DNA from: Isurus oxyrinchus
Lineage: Eukaryota
Assembly: GCA_026770705.1 (NCBI GenBank)
Contig: JANJGN010000002.1
Location: 41,664,001 to 41,728,000, forward strand
Reading direction: 5' to 3'
DNA length: 64,000 nucleotides
In this document: positions 1 through 12,156 of the stretch, piece after piece
How the letters are laid out: every line of letters begins with the position of its first letter
Numbering within the stretch: the first letter of the stretch is position 1
The notes under the pieces: generated by a model
Told to the model about the DNA's origin: nothing
What the model saw: only the letters and a program-made list of their open reading frames with translations
Database searches by the model: none
Program-made: the position numbers and the translations under genes

Positions 1-306
1 TCAGTTTCAATGGGCTCTACTGTCTGGAACTGCACTGAACCCATTATGAATGCTTGTCGGAGTTTCAAGAGCTCCCTGACTCCCGATACCCATCCCCATG
101 ATGAAAATTCAGCCCTTAAAATTTAAGTTTTAAGTCATTTAATCCTGATTCTTGCACATGAAGCAGTTATCATCGGAGAAGCTTTCTAGTTTTAACGTGA
201 CTTATACCATCAAAATACATTATAAGGAGTATAAAGCACATCTCAGTGAGGAATGTTTTGTAAAAGACTCAAAAAATTGCAATTAGAAAACCAGAAGAAT
301 GATTTT

Positions 307-949
307 GGGCAGAATCTTTGGCTTGGCGAGCGGGGACGGGGCTCACTCGCCGAGGAGTAAAATGGCACGCGGTGATGTTGGGTGTACATCCTGATGTCAC
401 AGCGCATCATTCAGATTTTCATTTCGGTGGGAGCACATCCAAGTTGGCTGCGTGCCTGCCGAACTGTCAAAGGCCTATTAAGGCCAGTTAGCTATCAATT
501 AAAACAATAAACTGAGCTGTCCGTCCAACCTTAAGATTGGTGAGCAAGCAAAGAGCCCAGGTCGGCCTTTGCATTTTTCATGGAGCCTCATCCACATAGA
601 CATGACAGTTTCACATAAGGGGACATTTCATAAAAAATTAATTTTTCCTCTCTCGAAATTTTTAGACTTAAACTAATCTCCCGGAGGCAGCTCAGGGAGA
701 TTTCTGTGCGCTTTCATGCACATGCGCGAAATAGAACAGGCCCCAATTCAGGCAATGTCCCCCCACCCGCACAGGAAGCGCTGAGCGCTTCCGGGCGCGC
801 GTCACACTGGGCGGGCCTTAGTTGGCCAGCCTACATAAAATGGCGGTGGCCCAGCCGATCGTGGGCGGCGATGAGCTGCACGCACACCCATGCCTGCTCC
901 CACACAACCAGGCCCCCCCAACCCCGCCGACAGGGAGAAAATTCTCCCC
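307..949. mobile_element. Harbinger-type MITE (non-autonomous)
   Basis: Termini GGGCAGAAT...ATTCTCCCC, flanked by TTT/TTT. Internal GGCC..TTAA..GGCC and CCTCATCC motifs are shared with the other MITEs here. Confidence 0.8.
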
Positions 950-1189
950 TTTGTTACCTGCCGAGCTGAAAATCTAGTTGAAATTTTGAGACACCTTCTT
1001 GAACAAGCCGAATTTGAGCATGTTTGAGAGTCACGGAAGTGGGCAGTTTTGTGGGCTGAGACATATTCAGGTTGAATGTTTGATGGATAAGCGTAAAACA
1101 TCGAGCACAGTTAGATGCATTTTAGTTAAACACATCTACCTAAAATTCTGCAATCTTATAAACCTCTCCCTCTCTCTTCAGGTAAAACG

Positions 1190-1590
1190 CCCTAAGAGAG
1201 CATTGGCAACCATGCACTTCCATGTTAATCGTGCTCTTCATCATCTTTGTTGGTGGTACATTTATCCAGTTTGTGAGGCTCTTTAAAAAAATTGCACTTT
1301 GTCTACCTCAATCTACCAATGATCTTTCCAATCAGACTTTCTAAATCATAATTTCTTATTATGTGCCCAAGAAATTCCAACTGTCTCTTCCTGATCTATG
1401 TCAGCAGAGTTCTTTTGGTCTCAGATTTTACTAGCACCTCTTCATTGGCAGTGTGACTTGTCCAAGATACCTTTATTATTCGCTTAAAAAACCACAACTC
1501 TGCAGCCTCAACTCTTCTCTGCATTGCTTCACTGATCATCCAACACTCCCGTATGTCAAATTGGTATGATGCAGAATTCCAGGACTCTCA
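1190..1590 (-). mobile_element. RTE (BovB-like) LINE 3' fragment, decayed
   Basis: Manual minus-strand translation gives TYG.ECWMISEAMQRRVEAAELWFFKRIIKVSWTSHTANEEVL...IRKRQLEFLGHIIR...GKIIGR..GRQ, the typical RTE-clade C-terminal region. It has stops and frameshifts and is absent from the ORF track. Confidence 0.8.
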
Positions 1591-2515
1591 GCTTTGCTTT
1601 CACGGCTACGTTTGAGTTGATCATAATCCATGTAACTTACTTGCAACCAGGTTAAGGGTGTATTTGGCACAGATGTGGAGGAAACTCCAGCCTACATAGT
1701 AAAACCCTTTGTCTGTTAGAAGCTTGGATTTAATCCTGGATTTACTGCAACCCACGTTGCATCATAGCCACATACGAGAGCATTTAATTATTCAGTGCTA
1801 AAGTTATATATTCCAAGGAAAATTACCATGGATCTAAACTCTTTAAAAGTGCCACAGAATTCCCAAAAAATTGCTGTTTCTGTTTTTTGGGGGGACATTT
1901 ATGGACTCTTGCCCTAGAGTCACACTGGAAGAGCAGGAGAAGCCTCTCAGAAATTCACCCTTTTTATACATATCCACTGCCATGAATCATATTCAGTAAC
2001 TGCCTTGTGTTTGTTCACAGCTCACAGAATCCAACCCAGTATATTACATTCTGCAACGTTATAACCATGCTAAAGATCCTTTTCTCGTCCATGATGAAGA
2101 CATGCTTTAGGTTTAATGTAATGAAACAGAAACTGAAGAAGGATTTTCACAAATTTTGCAGTCAGCGACAAAGTAATGGCCCTCACCACTGACCTTGAAG
2201 CAAGCTGCCCACAAAGATCTAATACCCTGTGGCATGGATTGTGTCTTTTCTGCTGTTAATGTCATTCTGGCGCCTGCTATAGGAGATCTCTGGCATCCAG
2301 CAACAGTGATGTCATCAAACAGGCTAACCAGCCAATTGCATTGTGGAGTTGTCACAGATAGCAAACCAGGAAGTAACAAGTAGGTTCTAAAATTCAACTT
2401 CTTAATAATTTTATAGACAGTGCAATAAAGATTGGATCCTACACATGAGATTAAGGTTGAAGCTGAAATATTGCAAACAAACTTGAACTTTTTTCGATTA
2501 TTTAAAAAATATATG

Positions 2516-3174
2516 GGCCTGAATTTCTCTCTTGGCGTGCATGCCAAGTCGGCGGGCCGGTAAGCAGATGGGAAATGCGCTTCTGCCTGTAATCGACCCC
2601 CAGACAGCCAGCAACGTGAAACGCGCGCTGAGAGAGTCTCGGTGCTGCTGAGGGTGGCGGGAAGAGGGCGGGCACCAACAAAAGTGAAGGTGTGGGTGAG
2701 CGCTTCTAGCGCTGCTGCGGAGCTGCCTCGGGGAGCCGCAGACCTGGACAGATTAAATGACAAGAAAAAAATGCACCAAACTGTGTCTATGCAACACATT
2801 AAAGCACCTGACAGCAGAACTCAAAAACCATCAGTCCCCAGATATCTTTTTTTAATTATATATCACCCCAGGCATTTCATCCCACCCTTGGATGAAGTTT
2901 TGTTAAAAACGGGCTGCCCGCCCGCCCGTTTTGTGTGTGCGACGAGCGCAAAATCACACGGGCAATGTAAAATCGTGGGCAGTAGGGTTTTTAATGGCCT
3001 TAATTGGCCCTTTATTCGTCATCGGGTGCAGCTCCGATTCCCACGCGTGCCCGCCGACCTCCATATTGCATGCATGTGTCACGACATCAGGACGCACACC
3101 CGACCTCGTTTCATGCAATTTCACGTGTGTTTGGGTCGGGCGCGTGCCTGTCTGATCAACATAAGATTCGAGCC
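2516..3174. mobile_element. Harbinger-type MITE nested in an older repeat (~2150-3563)
   Basis: Termini GGCCTGAATT / AAGATTCGAGCC, with 3-bp flanks ATG/GTG. Confidence 0.75.
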
Positions 3175-3795
3175 GTGGATTTTTTCATTTGAAGAAAATT
3201 GACATTTCACCAATATAACATTAGAATTTCAGACCCAGAGAGGTTGCTCAGCAGGTATTATGACTTGGTACATTATTAAAACCCAGCTACACCTCATTTA
3301 TCAAGGCACAGCTTTTTTGGGGGTTTTCATAATGAGAATAATCATTTTGAAAAGTGGAAGCTCTTGTGAAATCAGTTTTTTTCTCATTGATATGCATTTG
3401 AGAGGACTTCAGCAGCACACCCAGTGGGAAATCATTGACAGCAACTCTGGGATTCTGCACTTAACCATGCGTGTGCCAATACCAAATGCTGCTGTCAGTT
3501 TCACAAAGTAATGACGGTGAATGGTGATAGCTTTGCCATCATTGTAAACAGAAAACCTGGGCCATTAACTTATCCATTTATTCCACAGAAACTGAACTGA
3601 TGAGGGTTTCCAGCTTTTTCTGGTTTTGTTTAAGATTTTCCAGCATTTGCAGTTATTTGTTTTTTTGTAGGAGATAACATGTCTTAGAACCACTTTTTCA
3701 TCCCTATGAACTTTTTGTAACTCTCGTGACCACATCTGCAGTTTGCATTTCCTTGTGTTATGATCACCTGACATTTCATCCAATATTATTTCAAT

Positions 3796-4422
3796 GGGCA
3801 GAATTTAGCCTGGCATGAAATGCCAGCGGCAGCGTTCAATGCTGCCTGTGCAGGCAAGGGGAGGAGGGTTTCCTGCTTTGCTGCCTGTGACAATTCTACA
3901 ATTCAATTGGCTGGTTAGCCTGTTTGATGACATCACTGTTGCTGGATGCCAGAGATCTCCTATAGCAGGCGCTAGAATGATATTAGCATCAGAAAAGATA
4001 CAATTCATGTTACAGGGTACTAGATCTTCGTGGGCAGTTTTTTTCAAGGTCAGTGATGAGTCATGTGACCCTGTCACATGAGCAGGGGCATGTTATTAAT
4101 TACATTTTAAAACTTTTATTTGCTTTTGGAAACCTTATCCAGCCCCTGGATGAGGTTTCCAAAAAAGTGCAAAGGCCACTTGGCCTTTTCGCCTGCCGGC
4201 CAACCATGAAGTTGGACGGGTGGCAAAAAATTTAACTTAATTGATTCTTTAATGGCCTTATGAATTGTCAGTGGGCGCACTGCCAACTCTAGTGCGTGCC
4301 CGCTGATTGAACAATCGCGTAACTGCGCATTGATGTTGGGAGCTTGCCCGACGTCATCACGCATCATTTTACGCTCAAGTGGGTCGATTGCACGCCCATC
4401 CACCAAGCTAAAAATGTTACCC
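3796..4422. mobile_element. Harbinger-type MITE carrying an inverted copy of 2183-2371
   Basis: Termini GGGCAGAATTT / AAAATGTTACCC. The segment 3869-4059 is the reverse complement of about 2183-2371. Confidence 0.7.
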
Positions 4423-4434
4423 AGTATCTTAACA

Positions 4435-4633
4435 AAACAAAACTGCGGATGCTGGAAATCCAAAACAAAAACAGAATTACCTGGAAAAACTCAGCAGGTC
4501 TGGCAGCATCGGTGGAGAAGGCGGATGCTGGAAATCCAAAACAAGGGTCATGAGGACTCGAAACGTCAACTCTTTTCTTCTCCACCGATGCTGCCAGACC
4601 TGCTGAGTTTTTCCAGGTAATTCTGTTTTTGTT
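4435..4633. mobile_element. Penelope terminal-repeat-only fold-back insertion
   Basis: 59-bp perfect inverted repeat (4462-4520 / 4577-4635) homologous to the ends of the Penelope element at 43983-45739. TSD TTACCCAGtATCTTaACA (4417-4434) / TTACCCAGcATCTTgACA (4634-4651). Confidence 0.85.
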
Positions 4634-4997
4634 TTACCCAGCATCTTGACATCAAAGTTCTTGATTTTCAATAACCTGCAATCTGTTCTAGTACCACTAG
4701 ATGGCAGATTAGGACAGGTAATTCAACCACTGTCAACTAGCATCTGTATATAAAGTGTTCGGTATTCTCCTCCTCAAAGGGGCTCATATATATTAATGGT
4801 TATTATAATACTCTGTTGTGCCCCAGCACTTACTTATGTGAATACTTGGAGGTTGTGTAGTGTCTCTTCCCTTTTAGCTTTGGTTGCTGGAGGCCCTCCC
4901 CATTCTACAAAATTTTACAAAAGGACAGGAGGAACATGCTTGGAAAACATGGGCATTATTTTCAACAAAAGTCTGGGCTGCTCAGCACGTACAAAAT

Positions 4998-5701
4998 GGG
5001 CTGGATTTTACAGGGCGCTGAGGTTCCCAACTGGCAGGATAAAAAGCTGGGGGCGAGCCTGCCCACCATAGTGATGGCTGCTCTGCGGCAATTTAACTCT
5101 GGGGGGCAGCGTTAATTGCTTTAAGGTGAGAATTCTGCCCCCATCTCAGGACAAAGCCTCACCTGAGAGAGCTGCTGGCCAAATTAGATGGCTGGCAGTT
5201 CTGTAGTCCCGACAAAGAGGAGCTTGGACTTGAGGTAAATCCGGGGTGTCACTGGGGCCAGGCTGACAGGCCCTGGTGAGAGGGGTAGGGCAGATTGTGG
5301 GTCCAGATTTGAGAGGCCAGCAGGCAGGGTAAAGGGGGGGAGGTTGCCTCCAATGGGCCAAGGGAACCTGCAAAGGTAGGCCCCCTGCCTTTTCCCAACA
5401 CCACCTATGTAGCTAAAGCTGCTGGACTTCCCACATGGCGTGAGCCTCACACTGCCACGGGTCAGAAAATGGCAGGGCGGGAAGAGGCCCTTTAGTGGCC
5501 ATTAATAGGTCACTTAAGGGCCTCTATAGGCCCAAGGACGGACGGGTAGGCTGTTTGACGGCTCCCCTGACCCATAAAATTTGAGACAGATTGAGGGGGC
5601 ATGGGGGCTGGGTGGTGGCTAGGCAGTGGGCAGGCCACGTGCTGGATTTTACGAGCTCCCTGCCTTCAAACCTGCTCCCGGGGGAGAATAAAATCCAGCC
5701 C
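4998..5701. mobile_element. Harbinger-type MITE
   Basis: 13-bp perfect TIR GGGCTGGATTTTA / TAAAATCCAGCCC. Confidence 0.8.
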
Positions 5702-8669
5702 CAGGATGTTACTGGCTCTTAGCCACCAATGCATTGAGTTGCATTGAAAAATTGGGGGAAATAGAGTTGGGGTCCTAAGTCTAGTCAGAGTTGCTTGACT
5801 AAGCTTTGTAGAATATGTACCAGGATATGTGTGACGGAGTTAAAATCTTGAAAGAGGTGTGTTGCTACCCAGAACTAAAGGAAATAAATTGGGCACATAA
5901 GGTTGAAATGACAGTGTAAAACTGGCTTGGGTTTCCTGTTTCCCACTGAAATCAGAGCACAGTTCAAAGGTACTGTTTCCAATTTGACGAAGGGGACTAG
6001 GAAACATTAACCAGTTGTCGATATTGTGAACTCAGAGCTGTTTTCCATTTCCTGATCCCTGAGCCGGGGGAATGGGAGGCAACGTTCAAATGAGGCACAA
6101 AATTCAGAAGAAACTGAACAGCCTTCTATGCTGCAAAGAGATAAACAAGAAAGATATTGTGTCCCAATTCTCTTTAAAATTAGAAAGGGTAAAAGGATAG
6201 CTTTTACTTGCTGGTTTGGCAATTCACTAATGAGGTCACCATGCAAAATGCTAAACTATCCTAATATTAAGCACAAAATTGTCAGAATTTTACAGGGCAC
6301 TGAACTAATAACAACATCTTTCCAACTACTAACACTCCCAATTCATTCTATAATATCTTTCTGGTATAATATATTATTTGTCAACATAGTGGGGCATATA
6401 TTGGTTTTACTAATTGTATAATGCAAGCCTCATCTCAGGTTTCCATTCACTTCTTAATTATAGATGGTATTTTTGAAAAACAAAACTTTCCTATTTGATT
6501 ATTTAAAAGTTTGGTAAAATCATGGCTGTAAAATTATGCTTTAATGTAATGTTTTAAATAGAACGTTCTAATGCGTTCAGCTATTTTGTCTGCTTTATTG
6601 TGGTGTCTGTATTACTAGGGTATAATTGTATATGCCTTTATATGGGGAGGGATTTCAGCACTTCTCAAAGGTCCAATGATGCCCTTTGCCTGCAGTTGAA
6701 ATTCCGTAACATGTTTGGCGAGAGCATTCAGATTACGCTGGATGACAGCTTCAAGATTTGCTTCCCAAATTCAGTTCATAAGCCAAAAGCCACAATCCAG
6801 TCTAGACTGTAAACCTTGGTACACTGCCCGTGAATAAGATCATATGCTCCAAGAGAATTAACGGAGACCATGGCCTAGTTTATTCCCATTACTAGGCTAA
6901 CAGGGAATCAGACACACAAAAGGTGAACCACTGGGAAGAGATGAACTACCAGGAACAAGCAGATCACAGTGTGGAAAATGGATACCGTGGAAAAGATTGA
7001 AATAAAATCAGACATCTACCTCCGCAGTCAGTCTCAGGTAACACCTGTTACTTGGCACACATTAGAAAGCATGATGGAGCAGATTGAGAAGCACATTCTG
7101 CAGCGTTTCGCAAAGGAGCAACTTGTTTTATGGGGCTAACTGGGTAAAATCTTCATATTTGTTACATTGCGAGAGTTATTAAAATCTAATCTCCAATCTG
7201 GTTACAATCAGCCTTGCATGGGCAAAGGTTCAAAAATGAGAAAATGCCCATTTAGTTCATTTAAATGAGATGGGATAATGACATAATTAGTGTTGTTCAT
7301 TAACAACAGTAATGTTTTACTCATGTGTCGAATTATTTTCAGGCAATGTGGCAGTTTATCACTAAAAAATGTCATTATTGTTGACACTACTGTTTGGCCC
7401 TAATTGAGCAATCAGATTACATGTCACCCAAGAAATCCCCAATTTAAACTTTAAGGGAAAGAAAACTCTGTTACCAGATACTTAAGTAATAAAGACAACG
7501 GGTGGGGTGCTGGGTTGGACCAGTTGTCACAAATTTATCTTTATCATAGCAATGAGCCTCTCTCTTACAAGCTAAAAATAGTCAGATGCACAGCATAGAA
7601 TGTGTGAATGGTTCTTTTTAGAATTAAGGTGCTACTTTCTCTATTTTTATTGACATCTAGATGTTACAATCAAGAGAATTGGTGAGTGTGCTGTCAACGT
7701 TAACTGGTAAATCGCCTATCCAGTAGGAGGTGCCATACCACAGTAAAAGTAGCTTGAGAATCAGATAAAGCAAATTGAACTTCACTGCTCTGCAGTGGAC
7801 ACATTCATGCCTACTTTCAGGGTGGCTCCAGCATGCTCTGTTGCAAGTGATGCCCGATAGAAAAGTGCCTTCTTACTGTAATCTTTTTAGTCTCCCTAAA
7901 ACTTATGTCAACCCTAGGAGCATGTTACTCAGCCAGTGTTCAGCTAACCTGATTATATGTAATGCAGATGAATCTGAGTTTATTCTTTCAGATTGTATCC
8001 ACTGATACTGCTTAATGTATGAATTAAGGCCACCAAGGTTGGTAAGAGAGGAACGGAGGTAAATCAGGAAGCAGTAATTGGGTGATAATAAGCTTTCGTT
8101 TAAAAGCCTAAAAGTAACGACTAAATGTAATCCATCCAATCAGTGACATTCACATGTAGACTTTTAATGTGCTTATATGACATCCTTGTGTGTGTGTTTT
8201 ATGCAGCTGTTAATCCCTTATTTTAAATGGGCTAATGCTTCTGGAAAAATAGTGCAATGGAGAAAAGTGGTCCATGTGCATTAGGTGTTAGTGAGTGAAG
8301 TTCTACGTTAGGGAAGTGAGGGGTTCCACAGTTGTGAGGTCCAGGGCAAGAATAGATTAGGGAAGGATGCAGAGAACCCAATCTGGATTTCCAAACAGTG
8401 AGCTTGCCAGGAGGAGGGAGAGAGTGTAGGTGATGTGTTTGCAGCTCATTGAACAATTAAAATGCAATGAAGCAGGAGGTAATAGGCATCAACATTGTCC
8501 TGGAAACCCAACAAAGGTGCATTTTCTTTAAAATCATAAACTCAAGTTATTTAAATATCCCGGTCACCAATATGCCACTTGCATAAAATAATCTTAATAG
8601 AAAGACAAAAAATAACTTCCATTCCCCTTCCCCTCCTTCCCCCCACCATCTCAACCATATATAATGGGA

Positions 8670-9270
8670 TACAGTAGCATAGTGATTATGGTACTGGACT
8701 AGTAATTCAGAAAGACTGAACTAATAATCTGAAAACATGAAATCATATTCCACCACAGCAGCTGGGGAATTTAAATACAATTAATTATATAAATCTGAAA
8801 TAAAAAATTAGAGTGGAATTCTTACCTTTTAAAGATTTTCAGCATTTTGGGAACAAAAGCAGGGCCTGACTCCACAATCTTACCACCTCTGGGATCACTG
8901 CCCAATTAAAGGTGATGGACAGGACAGGCACCAGGCTTGGCCAATTAAAAGGCCCGCATTGATGTCCTGCTAGTAGCCTCACTGGGAGAGGTGGGTGCTG
9001 CTGTGACAGGCAGGAGAATGCGAGGGCACCTCAAGCATCAGGTTGGCGTAAAAGCTCATTTGGATCACTTATGCCCTTTGGGAAATGCAATTTGCTACCC
9101 TTTTCCGTTTAGCCTATATGAGACTACATGACCCACAAAAGTACGGTTGACTCTTAACTGACCTCTGGAATCCGAGAGCTACCCAGTTGTATTCTAGAAA
9201 GTGGCTCACCACAGCCTTCTAGATGGCAATTAGGGATGGACAATAAATACTGGTCTTTCCAGCATTTTGT
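8670..9270 (+). mobile_element. tRNA-headed SINE interrupted by a MITE fragment (~8810-9040)
   Basis: Head GTAGCATAGTGATTATGGTACTGGACTAGTAAT and tail GGCAATTAGGGATGGACAATAAATACTGG, both similar to the copy at 55375-55732. Confidence 0.6.
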
Positions 9271-11149
9271 AAATTAATTAAAATATACTTTGTAAGAGAT
9301 CAATATTCAAAGCACAAGTTTGAGCTAAAAATCACTTGTCCCACTTTTGTTCGGCACACATTTAGCCTAACTTTGTAATGTTCTCGTGACCTCCCATTAT
9401 AATTGCTCAGGTTAATTAAAAATATTAACTTCACTGCTAAAAGCTCAATTTAAATAGCATTTATGATATCTGAGTATTCTATAGTAAATGCTACAATGTT
9501 AACTTAAGTGCTATGTGTAAATGGAGCAGAGCTGGTAAAAAAAAATTCAGAGAAGCCTGGCCTTAAGGAGTGCATGTGGAAGGAGAAAATACACACTATA
9601 GTGGAAATAATAGTGCACTGTTAGATTATTGTCCTGTTAGCTTGGATTGAGAGCACAAGGTGGATGCAAGGACCTCGAGCAAGCTGTCTAAGATCTCTCA
9701 CTATCACAAGAAAGGACTGATGCTTTGCAATAGCACATCCTGTATTGCTACTCTGCAAAATGTTTATTATTGTTTAATGCATCTATTTTAAATGCAAGTG
9801 TTTTTAATCTGGACTTTGCTTTCCCTACCCTGAGTCAGCTGCACAGGACTGATGTTGACATTTTTTTTCTCAGGGTATAATGAAGTTATTTTCAATGTTC
9901 TGGTAGTAGAGTTGTAAATGCCTTAAAGTTACACGACTGATTTCTATTTATTCTTGTTCCATTTTCCTCCCTGCTAGTGTAATTACTCATTTCCTCTTAT
10001 TAAGACTTCAGTTTCTGGAAATTCCTATGAAACACAATAATATTCTAGCAGGCAAGATAATGTTTACAATTTGACTTTTCAGAACTACAAGCCTAGAAAT
10101 TAGCGACGATATGAAGTATTACACCGAGCAAATTAGCATCACTGGCGAGCGACTTAGGGACCCTATCATTTCACTCAACTCCCATCCTGCATCTGCAGAT
10201 CAGGCAATTGCTGTAACACTGTTAAGCTGGCAGTTCTCTGGAGTTCCATTCTATGCATTACCTTGATCGAGACCATTAATTCCAGGCTTGTTGCTGGTTA
10301 AAGGGGAACACACAAAATTAAAAATCTTCCACACATATGAAATGGGTATTGTAGTTAAGGCAATTTCTTGCATGTTGATATAAAGAAGGGAGCTTAGCTT
10401 CATACAGCTTATTGAAATGGGAATTGCTTTCAGTGCTCTCTTGTCCTTTGACTTGTGGAAGGGGGATGAATGGAAGCAGAGAAAGGATGCCAGAGATAAA
10501 TGGCACCAGAGGCATTGACAGACTGCCACTGTACCACTCATAGCTACAGACCCTGATATAGCTGACTAACAATTACTGAAGAATATTATTTCTGGAAATT
10601 CAGGATTAGGGATCGCCATCTGCTTAAGGATGATCTCCAGACCAATTCAAACACAACATAAAGATGTATCCTGACAGAACAAGAGGTACATGTGGACCAT
10701 GAGGATGTACAGCCAGAAAGATTGGTGCACCAAGCATTTTTACAAAAAACATTTAGCTTAGTGTCTGGTCCCAGTCATTTAAGAAAACCTCCTGTCCATA
10801 TATACCTGATAAAATAGCCTGCACCACCTTCAATGCACGATCCTCTGGTCTGATATGAATGTTAATATAAATGTCCTTTCTTTGCTGTCCTGATACTTCA
10901 TTCTGCACAATCACAAACAAAACCCCAGGGCAAGTTAAACTTCAGTGTAATCAAATTATTTCACAATGGCATGATGTGGTGAACTGCCTTTTCACAGTGC
11001 TTACCCATAGTGCTGGTGTATTGTGTGGCCAATTGAAGCCCTAGACTTCTACTAAGTGCTTTATGAAAGATGTAAGTGAGTTCTCTGGCTGTAATGCTTC
11101 AGTGGGCTTTAGGTGACCCTGTATCACCTTAAGGTGGATCTGCTTCTGA

Positions 11150-11363
11150 AGCCCTAAGCTCTGGAATTCCCAAAACATCTCTAGTTCCCATTCCTCCTAT
11201 AAATTGCTCCTTCCAATTTAACTGTTTAGCCAAGCTTTTGTTCACTTGTCTAGCTATATCTTTATATGCCCTGGTGTCAAATTTGGTCTGATAGTACTCC
11301 TGTTTAACACCTTGGGATGGTTTCACTACATTAAAAGAGGTATTTAAATGCAAGTTGTTGTTG
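11150..11363 (+). mobile_element. L2-like LINE 3' tail fragment
   Basis: Similar to the 3' ends of the L2 copies at ~24970-25210 and 61213-61350; ends in AAATGCAAGTTGTTGTTG. Confidence 0.55.
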
Positions 11364-11462
11364 AGTGTAAACTAAAGGCTGAATTAGTTTGTGGGATTCT
11401 GTGCATCTTCTAATTGTTCATTCAAGAATGGGGTTAATGGAAGCTTTGGCATGGATCATGTG

Positions 11463-12156
11463 GGCCAGACCTTTACGTCCCCGCGGGCGGGCACACAGCT
11501 GACCCGTCCGACCACAAAATAGCGGGAGGTGACGTCAGGCGAGAGTCGCACCATCATTGCGCACTCGTGCAACATCTCGCTCGATGGGCACGCGTGGCAG
11601 TTGGAAGCGCGCCCGCCGATAATTAAGCGGGCAATTAAGCCTATTAAGGGGACACTTGAAAGCAGTTTTTTTTGGCCCATCCACTTTTACAGTTGGCAGA
11701 CAGGCCAATTGGCCAAACAGCCTTTATGTTTTTGCTTAAACCTCGATCCGGGTGGGATGAATTATCGAGGAGAAATAAAACAAAAAGAGATATCTGGGGA
11801 CTGTTTTTTTATGAGGTTTAGCTTTCAGGTGCTTGATTGTGCTGCATGGACATATTTTGCAGCATTTTTTTTTTGTTTCATTTATTCTATGAAGGTCTGC
11901 AGCTCCCTGGGGTAGCTGTCTGCTTTCAGGGAGCTCACTGGAAGCGCTCACCAGCACCCGCGGTGACATCGGTGCCCGCTGTCTTCCTGCTTCCATGGCA
12001 GCGCTGAGCCTTTCTCAGCATGTGTTTCACACAGGCTGGCCATTAAGTGGCTGGCCATTAACTGGCCAGCCAGTGTGAAATCGCGGCCGGGGCCCGTTTC
12101 CCATTCAGTCCCAGGTCCGCCAATCTCGCATGCCCGACGAGTGAAAAATTCAGGCC
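11463..12156. mobile_element. Harbinger-type MITE
   Basis: Termini GGCCAGACCTTT / AAAATTCAGGCC, with a perfect 3-bp TSD GTG/GTG. Confidence 0.8.

Noticed and set aside
1165-1280. Apparent host exon (polypyrimidine-CAG acceptor, hydrophobic MLIVLFIIFVGG frame)
   Set aside because: It is the antisense of the 3' end of the RTE LINE fragment.
2113-3202. 228-aa and 186-aa ORFs, and similar ORFs in other GC-rich blocks
   Set aside because: They span MITEs and repeat junctions and contain no domain motifs; chance ORFs.
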